Shown: piece by piece, positions 48,964 through 59,212 of the stretch
Layout: every line of letters starts with the position of its first letter
Position numbering within the stretch: position 1 is the first letter of the stretch
Assembly: GCA_034408725.1 (NCBI GenBank)
Contig: JAWXCN010000032.1
Coordinates: 1 to 64,000 of the forward strand
Direction: 5' to 3'
Length of the DNA stretch: 64,000 bases
From: Candidatus Hydrogenedentota bacterium
GTDB lineage: Bacteria; Hydrogenedentota; Hydrogenedentia; Hydrogenedentales; SLHB01
The notes under the pieces: generated by a model
Seen by the model: the letters and a program-made list of their open reading frames with translations, nothing else
What the model was told of the DNA's origin: nothing
Databases searched by the model: none
Made by a program: the position numbers and the translations under genes

Positions 48964-49875
48964 ATGCGAATGCAGGCAGCGGTGATTTGTGCGGCCCTTT
49001 GTCTGGCTGGTGCGGCAAATGGAGAGGACGACATTTTTGATCGTGTCAAACACGGGTACGCGGAAAACCAGGGAGTGAAAGTTCATTACGCGTCGCTGGG
49101 TGAAGGCCCGCTCGTAATTATGATCCACGGATTCCCCGACTTCTGGTATTCGTGGCGGAGCCAAATGGCCGCGCTTTCCGACCAGTTTACGCGCGTCGCA
49201 ATGGACCTTCGCGGATACAACCTCAGCGATAAGCCTGCGGGCAATGAGAATTACGCGATGCCGCATATCCTCGGCGACGTGGCCGCGGTGATCAAGGCCA
49301 ACGGCGCGGAAAAGGCGACAGTCGTCGGCCACGATTGGGGCGGGGCGATTGCGTGGCAATTCGCAATGCACATGCCGCAGATGGTCGAGCGCTTGGTGAT
49401 TTGCAATCTGCCGCACCCTCGCGGGTTCATGCGCGAGATGGCCAACAACCCGGAGCAGCAGAAGAACAGCGCGTACGCCCGCGGGTTTCAAAAGGAAGGC
49501 GCGGAAAAGGGATTGAGCGCGGAAGGCCTGGCGGGATTCGTCGCCAAGGGAGATCCAGCGGTGACGGCGCGATACGTAGAGGCGTTCAAACAGTCCGACT
49601 TCACGGCGATGCTCGCTTACTACAAGGTCAACTATCCGCGCGAACCGTATCAGGAAGATTCGGGGCCGGTGATTCGCATCGCTGTTCCGGTGCTCGTGTT
49701 TCACGGGTTGAAAGACACCGCGCTCGGCGCGAAGGCATTGAACGATACGTGGGATTGGCTCGACGCAGACCTTACGCTGGTAACCGTGCCGAATGCCAAC
49801 CATTGGGTACATCACGACGCGCCGGAGCTGGTGTCGAAGACAATGAAATTCTGGTTGGCGCGGGACGCGAAGTAA
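48964..49875 (+). CDS. Exported alpha/beta hydrolase (epoxide hydrolase-like)
   Basis: Signal peptide; HGFP..WYSW, DLRGYN, GHDWG, NHW. Confidence 0.9.
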   Translation: MRMQAAVICAALCLAGAANGEDDIFDRVKHGYAENQGVKVHYASLGEGPLVIMIHGFPDFWYSWRSQMAALSDQFTRVAMDLRGYNLSDKPAGNENYAMPHILGDVAAVIKANGAEKATVVGHDWGGAIAWQFAMHMPQMVERLVICNLPHPRGFMREMANNPEQQKNSAYARGFQKEGAEKGLSAEGLAGFVAKGDPAVTARYVEAFKQSDFTAMLAYYKVNYPREPYQEDSGPVIRIAVPVLVFHGLKDTALGAKALNDTWDWLDADLTLVTVPNANHWVHHDAPELVSKTMKFWLARDAK

Positions 49876-49899
49876 CTCGAATCGAGGAATAGAAAAACG

Positions 49900-51588
49900 G
49901 TGGCAACGGCCATGATGTCCGCGTTACTACCGATGTCCGCGCTGTTGCGGCGGGAGCTTTTGCGGCACGTGCGCCGCGTGCGGGTGTTTCTCGCGGTTGC
50001 GGCGTTGCTGTGCATCTGCGGGTGGGTCATCTGGTCGTATTGGCCTGATGCACCTATCCCAGTACTGGAGGTCGCCGCCGAGCGAGGTGGTCTGACGACA
50101 ACGTTGTTGGCCGTGCTTCTGGCGGCATCGTTTGTGATTGTCCCTGGCTACGCGGCGATGGCCATTCGCGCTGAGCGCGACAACGACACGTATGAGTTGA
50201 TGCGGCTCACCCTGTTGACGCCGCTTTCGATTCTGCTCGGCACGCTGCTCAATATCACCGGAATGTTTGCGATAGGACTTGTCGCCGCGCTCCCGTTTTT
50301 GTATACGACGCATTGGATGGGCGGGTTGCCGTGGCACTATCTGCCGATCAGGCTTGGGATCATACTTTCGTCCACGGTGACCGCGGCTTCGATAGGTGTA
50401 CTGGCGTCCACGCAACGCCAGAAGACCTCAGACGCCGTCGGTTCAGCCTTCATTTACACGATGTTGCTGCAACTTGGCGTATTAACTCTGCCGCTGCGCC
50501 TCATCGCGCTCCTTGTTGACGAATATACGCAGTTGCAAGGTGTGGCAGATGCCCTCAGAACAACCGCGTTGCACAGCTCACCGATATGGGCGATTGGAAT
50601 GCGCACTGGGTTGGGGTCGTCGTTGATTTGCATTGCATCACAAGTTGTGTTTTCGGCCGTGATCCTGTTCATTGCCTGGAAGCGGCTGGGGGATTTTGAG
50701 TTCAAGACTGCCAAAAATAAATCGGTACAGTCTTGGTTCGCGCCTTCCGAACTGCGTGCGAAGTATCGCCGCGCGCACACATATCCTGATGGGAAGAATC
50801 CGGTGTTTGTGCGCGAATTCCACGACGCGATGCAACGGGCACAAGTTGACGTGACCAGTAGCTTGTTCGCCGTCTTGTTTACCGCATCAGCATTTGTCGT
50901 TGCTTTTGTGCGTATGTGGGTTCTGGCGAAGTCAAAATCGGGCCCCTATGGTCTTGACGAACTGACATATTATTTCATGGGATGTATTTTTCTCGGCGGG
51001 ATACTGATTCCCGGGTTGAGCACGCCTACGTGGATCAGCGAGCGCAACACGGAAGCGGAAGAATCGCTTGAGATGAGCCTGCTCACGAGGCGGGAGCGGT
51101 TTTGGGGTAGGGCCAGCGCGGCGGCGGCGCTCCCGGTGATCGTCATCACATGCTGTCTCGTTGGCGCATCGCCCGTGTTGATGGCGGTGCCGCGTATCCC
51201 CGGCGGATATGTCGGCGCGTTGGCAGGGTATTTCGCCGTTGTCGCGACGGTGGTGGTGTTGCTGGCGGTGGGCCGCGTGATCGCGCGACTCCCGATCAGT
51301 GCGGTATCCGCGGTTGCGCTCGCGTATGTTGTGTCCATCGCCTACATGGGATTGCCGGTATTGGCCGCGGGATGGTCGCAAGAGAACTCCCGCGATGTGA
51401 TGGGGAACTTTGTCGCGAGCATTAGTCCGATTACGGGATTCTTGCGGGTTCTTCAGTCTCGCGCGATGGGAGTTTGGTACGACGGGCCGGTTTTCAAATG
51501 TGCCGTGTTCATAATGGTGCAATCTGTGATTACGGCGGCGCTGTTGTGGACAGATTTGAAGGCTGAGCGAAAACTTCGGAATCGATAG
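49900..51588 (+). CDS. ABC-2-type permease-like polytopic membrane protein (two halves)
   Basis: LLRREL, AIRAER..T.EL..LT, NPVFVREF, ISER....E.L..S; many TM segments. Confidence 0.75.
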   Translation: MATAMMSALLPMSALLRRELLRHVRRVRVFLAVAALLCICGWVIWSYWPDAPIPVLEVAAERGGLTTTLLAVLLAASFVIVPGYAAMAIRAERDNDTYELMRLTLLTPLSILLGTLLNITGMFAIGLVAALPFLYTTHWMGGLPWHYLPIRLGIILSSTVTAASIGVLASTQRQKTSDAVGSAFIYTMLLQLGVLTLPLRLIALLVDEYTQLQGVADALRTTALHSSPIWAIGMRTGLGSSLICIASQVVFSAVILFIAWKRLGDFEFKTAKNKSVQSWFAPSELRAKYRRAHTYPDGKNPVFVREFHDAMQRAQVDVTSSLFAVLFTASAFVVAFVRMWVLAKSKSGPYGLDELTYYFMGCIFLGGILIPGLSTPTWISERNTEAEESLEMSLLTRRERFWGRASAAAALPVIVITCCLVGASPVLMAVPRIPGGYVGALAGYFAVVATVVVLLAVGRVIARLPISAVSAVALAYVVSIAYMGLPVLAAGWSQENSRDVMGNFVASISPITGFLRVLQSRAMGVWYDGPVFKCAVFIMVQSVITAALLWTDLKAERKLRNR

Positions 51589-51730
51589 GGAGGGCGCGCG
51601 TCCCCGCGCGCCTTGGTTGAAAAAGACCGTGCCGACACGCGTCCACGTTGTCCACAACGTCCACTCATACGCGCGCTTTGGGTTGGAAATGACTACTACA
51701 TCATGAGCGCACGAGGACGCGTGCCCTCCC
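51588..51730. repeat. Inverted REP-like doublet GGGAGGGCGCGCGTCCCCGCGCGC ... GCGCACGAGGACGCGTGCCCTCCC
   Basis: 24-bp arms at 51588-51611 and 51707-51730 with 3 mismatches; GTCCAC x3 inside. Confidence 0.7.
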
Positions 51731-51776
51731 GTGTGTGATAAAGTTCTCTTGGTGCAAAAAAACGGAGGTGCCTTAT

Positions 51777-52376
51777 ATGTCTTCGCAACCTTCACGAATC
51801 AGCGGTATGGCGATCGCGAGTTTTGTGCTCGCGCTTCTGTTTTGTCCATTTTTATTGCTGGCTTCCGTACCGGCGATTATTCTTGGGCATGTTGCGCACT
51901 CGAAAATTCGGGCATCGAACGGTCAATTGCGCGGCTCGGGATTGGCTATTGCGGGGTTCACAATTGGTTATCTGGGTATCGCGTTCACTATTTTTATTTT
52001 GCCCGCGATCATGTTGCCGGCGCTAGCGCGTGCGCGTGAAGCGGCGCGGGCCTCGAGTTGCCAGAACAATTTGAAGCAAATCGGCATTTGCAACGCGATG
52101 TATGCAGGGGAACATGGGGGCGCGTTTCCCGCGAACTTGCAGGCGCTATATCCCGAATATATGAGCGAACTCAGCGTGTTTGTGTGTCCATCTGACATTA
52201 CGGAGATTGGCGATTCGGCGAGCATCAATGCGTGGACCAGTTATGAATATATTCCGGGCGCGACAGAGGAAAGCGGCGCAACGGTGGCGGTGTGCCGTGA
52301 CAACGACCATATACATCTGCGGGGGATGCGCAATGTGCTGTACGCGGACGGTCATGTTGAGCGGACGACGGAGTAG
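51777..52376 (+). CDS. DUF4190-like TM domain fused to DUF1559/H-X9-DG-like domain
   Basis: [17 protein letters not shown]...I....[44 protein letters not shown]. Confidence 0.85.
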   Translation: MSSQPSRISGMAIASFVLALLFCPFLLLASVPAIILGHVAHSKIRASNGQLRGSGLAIAGFTIGYLGIAFTIFILPAIMLPALARAREAARASSCQNNLKQIGICNAMYAGEHGGAFPANLQALYPEYMSELSVFVCPSDITEIGDSASINAWTSYEYIPGATEESGATVAVCRDNDHIHLRGMRNVLYADGHVERTTE

Positions 52377-52402
52377 CAAGAGAAGATGATTACGAATACA
52401 TC

Positions 52403-52752
52403 GTTGTGGCCGGTCTCCCGACCGCGCCACTGCAGCAGACCGAAGGTCTCCAACTTATTCGATTAATTTCGTGCTCGTGCTCCTGCTCGTCAACGTAATC
52501 GTCACTCGCTAATCATTCGTTCGCACTGCTTCGCTTTACTGATGTGTCGACGAAGTTTCAATAAAAAGAATTCAAGCCACGATTACGATGACGAGCACGA
52601 GTACGAACACGACGAAAAAGTCCGATTAGGATTGCGAGGACTCCGCTGTGGCCGGTTACTGCGTTGTGGCCGGTCTCCCGACCGCGCCACGACCCCGACT
52701 GAAGGTCTCCAACTATCCAATTTACTTCGTGCTCGTCATCGTCATCGTAATC
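52403..52752. repeat. Two reverse-oriented REP-like units with CGTGCT/CGTAAT-type microsatellite tracts
   Basis: GTTGTGGCCGGTCTCCCGACCGCGCCAC at 52403 and 52663, each followed by GAAGGTCTCCAAC. Confidence 0.85.
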
Positions 52753-52763
52753 CTAGCTCGAAC

Positions 52764-53498
52764 TTACCTGGGCCTGATCACAACATTCCGATACCAAACC
52801 TCACCGCCATGATCCTGCAACGCAATATTTCCTTCCAATGGTAGATCGTTATACGCAATCGGAAATTTTCCCACCGGCGTCGTCAATTTACTGAAATCCG
52901 TGTCGATCACCTTCCACCCGTTCATATTCACCGACACATTTTTCCCCACGACAGAAATATCAAACGAATTCCATTCCCCTGCGGGCCGGGAGAGGTTGTA
53001 CATCGGCGTGACAACGTCGTAGATCGCGCCCGCGCCGTTTTTCGTAGGGGGCTTTCCATAATCATCGAGCACCTGCACTTCGAAGCCGCGGTTGACCGCG
53101 TCGTTGGGATCGGTTCGGAGGAACACGCCGCTGTTCGCGCCGCGCGCGACCTTGTATTCCAGATGTAGATCGAAATCGGAAAAGGTCTGGCCGGTGTAGG
53201 TGACGTATCGCAACGGGTAGACTGTGCGGCCGTAGACGTGGAGCATGCCGTCTTCGATCACGAAAATGTCATGGTCGTCGCCGACATTTTTCCAGTCGGG
53301 CGCGTTGTCAGTGGACAGAAGGTCGAGCCAACCCTCGCCCTCTGGCCGGGAAGTGGGGGAGCCAATGGGCACGGGATTGCGATCGAGCAGGCCACCAAAA
53401 TATGGACGCGAAAGACAGCCTGCTGCAAAGGCACACGCTACCAATAGCATGTAACGAATCACTGCCCACGTGCGGGTTTTGCTTGAAGCGTCGGTCAT
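52764..53498 (-). CDS. DUF1080 (3-keto-disaccharide hydrolase-like) protein
   Basis: F.DF.L.LEYK....NSGVF, EVQVLD, GAIYD, GEWN, GNIALQDHG..VWYRN. Confidence 0.9.
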   Translation of the reverse strand: MTDASSKTRTWAVIRYMLLVACAFAAGCLSRPYFGGLLDRNPVPIGSPTSRPEGEGWLDLLSTDNAPDWKNVGDDHDIFVIEDGMLHVYGRTVYPLRYVTYTGQTFSDFDLHLEYKVARGANSGVFLRTDPNDAVNRGFEVQVLDDYGKPPTKNGAGAIYDVVTPMYNLSRPAGEWNSFDISVVGKNVSVNMNGWKVIDTDFSKLTTPVGKFPIAYNDLPLEGNIALQDHGGEVWYRNVVIRPR

Positions 53499-53635
53499 CT
53501 GTTCCATCTCCATCGTCACCGGAAGCATGACTGAGAAGTGGATCGCATGGCAACAGGGGCGGTGGACGCATCGTTTCGGTTACGATGGATTGAATTCCCG
53601 GCGTTCAGGGCGAAGCCATATTGGAGGAACATATA

Positions 53636-54888
53636 TTGTCGTATCGACCTGTATTGCGTACCGCCAGGACGACTATATTCTTATGCGGACTATTGGTTGC
53701 CGCATGCGACTATACGTCGCCTTCGAGCTCTGATGTTGCGGGAGAGGATGATCTGCCAGTCAGTTTGGAAGAACTGAGTTCCTGGTACTCCGCGGTTCCT
53801 GAAGCGGAGAATGCCGCGCTATTGCTGATTCGCGCTGGCGACTCACATCGCGATCCGGATGCCGCGTCGAAGCCGGGTCTCCCATTGGCAGGCGATGCGA
53901 AACTTCCGCCTCCGGGCATGCCATTAACCAATGATATGCGGGCCGCGATTGGTCAATACCTTGTGAGTAACGATATTGCGCTTGGGACAATCGCGCGCGC
54001 TGCCAAGCTGGACAAAAGCAGATTTCCTATTGATCTGACAAAGGGTATGGACACGGATTTGGCTCATCTCGCTTCTTGCAGGACCTTGGTTCGATTGCAA
54101 TGCCTGAGTGCCGTCGCCAAGGCCAATTCCGGGGATGCGGCCGCGGCCCATTCTCGGTTGCGAGACGTTTTAGTAACCAGTAACGCGCTGCGTTATGAAC
54201 CGCTCTTGATTTCGCAATTGGTCCGTATTACATGTCATTTGATAGCGGCGGAGTCAATCGAGTACAGCGCTGACCGCGTGGATTTTACGGAGGCGCAGTT
54301 GGCGGAACTCCAGAAGTTGGCCGGAGAATGGGAGGACCCAGAATTGCTTTACCGCGCATACGTTGGCGAACGGTGCTTATCGGTTTCGTGGCTGAGCGAC
54401 CCAGCCAACGCAGAAAGGGATGATGGGCCCAATGTTCAGTTACCGCCGGAGATGTATTCAAAACGCGGTGTTGACGCAGTCATAAAGCATTATCAAATGT
54501 TGTTCTCTGCATCGAAGCTCCCTTCGCGCGAGCGTCGAGAGGAACTGTCCATATTGGCCGATGCAGGGCCGGAACCCAGAAGTGACAGCTTTGATGATTT
54601 AACTGCCGCGAGTCTAAGTCCCATAGCGGCTGTCCACCAGGCACACGACGCGGATACCGCCACCTCGCGCACAAGAAGTATCCGGATTCATTGACAGAAC
54701 TTGTCCCAACCTACATAACCGCGGTGCCCGAAGATCCTTTTACCGAGCGGCCTCTGCTCTATAAACGCGATGGCGTGAACGCAGCGGTCTACAGCATTGG
54801 TCGTGATATGAACGACGATCAGGGGCGGCCGCCGGTTGAGGGCAGCACACCGCCGGATGGGGATATCGTTTTCCGCTGTTTGAATTAA
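53636..54888 (+). pseudogene. Lipoprotein paralog of 54916..56226 broken by a deletion/frameshift near 54660
   Basis: Lipobox LLVAAC; aligns with the downstream paralog (PVSLEEL..WY..VP..ENAALL, EP.LISQ..RI.C, YRA.VGERC); C-terminus (LVP.Y...VP.DPF, VYSIG, DIV.R) is in another frame. Confidence 0.75.
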
Positions 54889-54915
54889 ATCCGGCAACCG
54901 CAAACGGAGTGGCGT

Positions 54916-56226
54916 ATGTCCGAGCAGCACCGATCGGGATGGGGGCGCCTGATCTTCAGGGTTATCGTCGTCGCTTGCTTTCTGCTGCTCGGTGCCTTCA
55001 TATGGTTCACCTTTAGAGGTAGCGAAATTGAGGAGGTGATTCGCGCTAAAGGCGAGCCTGTCACCCTGGCGGAACTCGACGCGTGGTATCCGTCGGTGCC
55101 GGAAGAACGCAATGCCGCGCTGCTCGTACTGCGCGCCATCGGTTATGTACAAGAACCACCTGTCCATCCCCCGATCTATGAGTGGTTGGGTAAAAAGGGT
55201 CCCATACCGGACGACGTAAAATCGGCCATGTCAGAATTCCTCACGGCGAACAAGAAAAGTCTCGACCTTATCGAGCAGGCATCGGCGTTTCCGGAAAGTC
55301 GATACCCTATCTCCGCGACCACCACTTTCGGTGGCCCTATGGCTCATCTTTCAGGTCTCCGCAAGCTGAGCCGACTTCAGCATCTAGACGTCTATTTCCG
55401 GGTCCATACAGAGGATTTGGTTGGCGCGACTGATTCGGCCATTAATTTTATGAAGTTGACGGAAACCCTCAGGAACGAACCCTTCATGCTTTCGCAGTTC
55501 ACGCGAATTGGTTGCCGTCAGGTGGTTCATGGCGGCATTGACGATTTAATTCAGGGCGGGCCATTGGCGGAAAAGCAATTGAGCGCGCTTAATGATCAGC
55601 TTTGTTCGATGGAAAACTCTGACGCCATGTACAGGGCGATGGTGGGAGAACGTTGCTACTTGATGAATATTCCTGTTTCCTATCAAGAAGGCGGGATAAA
55701 GGGCGTGCTGCTATCGAACTTTAGAGGTCCCAGCGCAAGGCTTTGCACTTTGGCCGTTGATGCAAGCCGCCTGTCCGGCGTTGAACGCAGAGAGCAGATA
55801 GTACAGTTAGAGAGCGAATTCTCCGTTCCGGGCTCTTCAGAAATGCGGTTGTCACTAAATCCGCTATCTCTGATTCTATTCCCTGCTTGGGAATCAGTCG
55901 CAGAGGTTTTTGATGTTGAAACGGCGCAACTGCGCGTGCTTATCGCAGTGGTTGCAATCGAACGCTATCGCGTGGCTAACGGCAATCTACCCAAGACGCT
56001 TGATGCGTTGGCGCCAAGTTACCTTGAATCGGTGCCCCTTGATCCGTTCGACGACAAGCAGATTCGATATGTGCAGTCCGAAGTCGGGTATGTAGTCTAT
56101 AGCGTCGGCGTGAATGAATTGGACGAGAAGGGCAGTCAGGCATCGGACAACAGTCAGGCATCGGACAACAGTCAGGCATCGGACAACTTGTATGGCAACG
56201 ATATTGTTCTGAGGGTAGCGCGGTAA
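54916..56226 (+). CDS. Membrane-anchored hypothetical protein with GspG-like C-terminal motif
   Basis: N-terminal TM; AIERYR...G.LP.TL..L.P.YL..VP.DPF, VYSVG. Confidence 0.8.
   Translation: MSEQHRSGWGRLIFRVIVVACFLLLGAFIWFTFRGSEIEEVIRAKGEPVTLAELDAWYPSVPEERNAALLVLRAIGYVQEPPVHPPIYEWLGKKGPIPDDVKSAMSEFLTANKKSLDLIEQASAFPESRYPISATTTFGGPMAHLSGLRKLSRLQHLDVYFRVHTEDLVGATDSAINFMKLTETLRNEPFMLSQFTRIGCRQVVHGGIDDLIQGGPLAEKQLSALNDQLCSMENSDAMYRAMVGERCYLMNIPVSYQEGGIKGVLLSNFRGPSARLCTLAVDASRLSGVERREQIVQLESEFSVPGSSEMRLSLNPLSLILFPAWESVAEVFDVETAQLRVLIAVVAIERYRVANGNLPKTLDALAPSYLESVPLDPFDDKQIRYVQSEVGYVVYSVGVNELDEKGSQASDNSQASDNSQASDNLYGNDIVLRVAR
56134..56187 (+). repeat. Perfect in-frame 18-bp tandem repeat x3 (SQASDN)
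   Basis: AGTCAGGCATCGGACAAC x3. Confidence 0.95.
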
Positions 56227-56228
56227 TT

Positions 56229-56292
<64 letters not shown>

Positions 56293-56321
56293 GGGGAAAC
56301 GATTGGGTCCCTTGGCGGAAT

Positions 56322-56350
56322 TTGACAACCCGTCTTACTGAACCCACAAT
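56322..56350 (+). promoter_or_regulatory. Sigma70 promoter directly before tadA ATG (leaderless)
   Basis: TTGACA-N17-CACAAT-N7-ATG, no SD. Confidence 0.55.
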
Positions 56351-56357
56351 CGCGGGC

Positions 56358-56855
56358 ATGCTTGACGACAATTCACGATACATGCAGTACGCGATCCGCG
56401 AGGCGATGCGGGCGGAGGAGGAGGGTGAGGTCCCTATCGGCTGCGTGATCATTCACAACGGCGAAATCATTGGCAAAGCGCACAACCAGCGGGAGCGCTT
56501 GCAGGACCCGACTGCGCACGCGGAAGTGCTCGCGATCACGCAGGCGGCAAACCACCTCGGCAGTTGGCGGCTGGAGAATACAAAACTTTTTGTGACGCTG
56601 GAGCCGTGTCCGATGTGCGCGGGCGCGATTATTCTGTCGAGGATCGCGGAAGTATATTTCGGGGCGTATGATCCGAAGGCGGGGGCGTGCGGCACGTTGA
56701 TGAATTTGCTGGAAGACAAACGGTTCAATCACCAGCCGGTGGTCAAGCCGGGGTTGTGCGCGGACGAGTGCGGCGCGTTGCTGACAAATTTTTTCCGGCG
56801 GATTCGCGGGCAGGCGGTGCTTGGCGCGGATGATGTGTTTAAGAGAGATAATTAA
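56358..56855 (+). CDS. tadA: tRNA adenosine(34) deaminase
   Basis: EVPIG, DPTAHAE, TLEPCPMCAGA, FNH. Confidence 0.96.
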   Translation: MLDDNSRYMQYAIREAMRAEEEGEVPIGCVIIHNGEIIGKAHNQRERLQDPTAHAEVLAITQAANHLGSWRLENTKLFVTLEPCPMCAGAIILSRIAEVYFGAYDPKAGACGTLMNLLEDKRFNHQPVVKPGLCADECGALLTNFFRRIRGQAVLGADDVFKRDN

Positions 56856-56989
56856 GAAGCCATAGCCGCACAAAAAAACGCAATACGCGCAAAAGAAATT
56901 TTGAGTAATCTATTAACGAGTACGATGACGAGCAAGAGCACGACAAGAACCGATCACGAGTCGGGAAAACTCTATGGCTAGTATTAACT

Positions 56990-59143
56990 ATGGCTAGTAT
57001 GAACCGTCGAACATTTCTGAAGTCCTCCGCGTTGGTTGCTGGAGGGGCGTTTACGTTGCCCGCTGGCGCGGCGGAGGGCGTCGTGGCTTCATCAGTGCCG
57101 TGGTACAGGACCGCGTATCGCCGCAATGTCATTGACATGCACATCGCGGATTGGAACCCGGAGTTTTTGTCGAAGTTTGAATCAGCGGCGTATGTCGAAC
57201 GGTTGCGCACAGCGAATGTGAAATCGGCGGTAGTATATGCGCATTCGCACGTCGGGCTTTGTTATTTTCCAACGAAGGTGGGGAAGACGCACGCGGCATA
57301 TCAGGGCAAGGACCACCTCGATCGCACCGTTGCAGGGTTGCGCAAGAACGGCATCGCCGTCGTCCTGTACATGAGCCTGATTCATGACACGTGGGCGTAT
57401 CGCAATCACGATGACTGGAAAATTCTTCGCGCGGACGGCGCGGGCGCTTCGGAGGGTAGCCGTTACGGCATCTGTTGTCCAAACTCGCCGTATCGCGATT
57501 ACATAGCGTCGCTCGCGACAGAAGTGTTCGAACAATTCGAGTTCGATGGTATCCGGTTCGACATGACGTTCTGGCCGCGGGTGTGCTATTGCTCGCACTG
57601 CAAGAAACGGTTCGCGGACGAAGCGGGCGGAGAACCTCCGCGCATTGTAAACTGGGACGACCCGAACTGGGTGAAGTTTCAACGCAAACGCGAGGCGTGG
57701 CTGGTCGAATTTGCGTCGCACATGACGCAGACGGTAAAAAAACTCAAGCCCGAAGCAACGGTCGAACATCAGGCTTCAACCTTTACGGCCAATTTCCGGT
57801 TGGGCGTGACTGAACCCCTCGCCGCGCAGAATGATTTCTTACAGGGCGACTTCTACGGCGATGCGGTGCAGGGTTCATTGATCCGCAAACTCTTTTACAA
57901 TCTCAGTCCCAACCAACCCTATGCATTTGAGACCAGCGTAATGCTGACTTTGCAAAACCATACTGCGCTCAAGCCCGAGTCCCTGCTCGAGGCCAAAGCG
58001 TCTGCTTGCATCGCCGATGGCGGGGCGTTTGTGTTTATTGACGCCATCGACCCCGCGGGCACAATTCACGCCGCGCCGTACGAGGCGATGGATAGGGTGT
58101 TCGAGAAAACAAATCCCTACGAAGCGCATCTGGGTGGGGAACTGGTGCAGGACGTGGCGGTGTACTTGAGCACGGAATCGAAATTCGATCCCGCGCAGAA
58201 CGGCAAGGACGTAGAGGACTACAGCGCCGAGGGCATGCCGCATATTGACGCACTGTTGGGCGCGTGCCGGGCGCTGCGCGCGAACCATATACCGTATGGC
58301 GTGATTACCAAGAAAGACCTTGCGCGTCTTGATCGGCACAAAGTCCTGGTTCTGCCGAACGTTCTAATGATGGACGAAGAAGAAGTCGCGGCGATTCGCG
58401 CATGGGTGAACAACGGCGGCGCGTTGTATGCCAGTCGCGAGACCTCGCTTGCGGGAAAAGACGGCACGCGCTACACAGACTTTTTATTGTCAGACGTGCT
58501 GGGCGTTTCGATGACGGGTGTCACGGCGGAACGCGTGACGTATATGGCGCCGGTGGTCAAGGACATTTTTGGGCCGTACACGGCGGCATCCCCATTGATG
58601 GTCGGCGCGACGCAGCGCACGATTCGCGCGCATGAGAATGCGGAGGTGCTTGCGACAGTTGTCTTGCCGTACTCGAACCCGGACGATGCGGAACAGTTTG
58701 CATCGATACACAGCAATCCGCCGGGTGTTCCGACAGAAAACCCGTGCGTGGTATTTCACAAATCGGATAAGGGCACAGCGATTTATGCCGCCGACGCTAT
58801 TGAGGCGTATGAGTACTGCGAAGCGACATTCATCAGGCTCCTGCGCAGGTTGGGGCAGAAATTTTCAATTGAAGCGGATGGCCCCGCATGTGTTGAGATT
58901 ACAACCTTTCACCAGCCTGAACGAAATAGATTCGTAATCGGCGCGGTGAATTTTCAGCGGGACCTACCAAACATTCCTGTCGATGGTGTGCGTGTTCGTT
59001 TGGACCTTAATGGGCGCGCGTTGTCGGGAGTCGAGTTATTGCCCAAAGGTGAGGTGATCGAAGTTAGCGGACGCGATGGCCGCGTGGAAATCCCGCTTCC
59101 GCGCATCGAAACCTTGTGCATGGTAGCCGTCAAATACGGATGA
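56990..59143 (+). CDS. Tat-exported glycoside hydrolase-like protein (GHL6-like TIM barrel + beta-galactosidase trimerisation-like domain)
   Basis: NRRTFL Tat motif, DMHI, CYFPT, CPNSPY, FDGIRFD, CYCSHC, LVLPN..M...E...IR.WV..GG. Confidence 0.8.
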   Translation: MASMNRRTFLKSSALVAGGAFTLPAGAAEGVVASSVPWYRTAYRRNVIDMHIADWNPEFLSKFESAAYVERLRTANVKSAVVYAHSHVGLCYFPTKVGKTHAAYQGKDHLDRTVAGLRKNGIAVVLYMSLIHDTWAYRNHDDWKILRADGAGASEGSRYGICCPNSPYRDYIASLATEVFEQFEFDGIRFDMTFWPRVCYCSHCKKRFADEAGGEPPRIVNWDDPNWVKFQRKREAWLVEFASHMTQTVKKLKPEATVEHQASTFTANFRLGVTEPLAAQNDFLQGDFYGDAVQGSLIRKLFYNLSPNQPYAFETSVMLTLQNHTALKPESLLEAKASACIADGGAFVFIDAIDPAGTIHAAPYEAMDRVFEKTNPYEAHLGGELVQDVAVYLSTESKFDPAQNGKDVEDYSAEGMPHIDALLGACRALRANHIPYGVITKKDLARLDRHKVLVLPNVLMMDEEEVAAIRAWVNNGGALYASRETSLAGKDGTRYTDFLLSDVLGVSMTGVTAERVTYMAPVVKDIFGPYTAASPLMVGATQRTIRAHENAEVLATVVLPYSNPDDAEQFASIHSNPPGVPTENPCVVFHKSDKGTAIYAADAIEAYEYCEATFIRLLRRLGQKFSIEADGPACVEITTFHQPERNRFVIGAVNFQRDLPNIPVDGVRVRLDLNGRALSGVELLPKGEVIEVSGRDGRVEIPLPRIETLCMVAVKYG

Positions 59144-59212
59144 ATCCTCGCCCCCGCGCATGCTACACTATTCCTTTCCGGTTGTGTGCCTAATTACTAA
59201 ACAGGTTGCGTT

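Noticed and set aside
52403-52752. Possible CRISPR repeats (28-bp identical core)
   Set aside because: Only two local copies 260 bp apart, with other copies dispersed through the window
54640-54700. Programmed ribosomal frameshift
   Set aside because: No slippery heptamer, and about 15 conserved codons are missing, which points to a deletion
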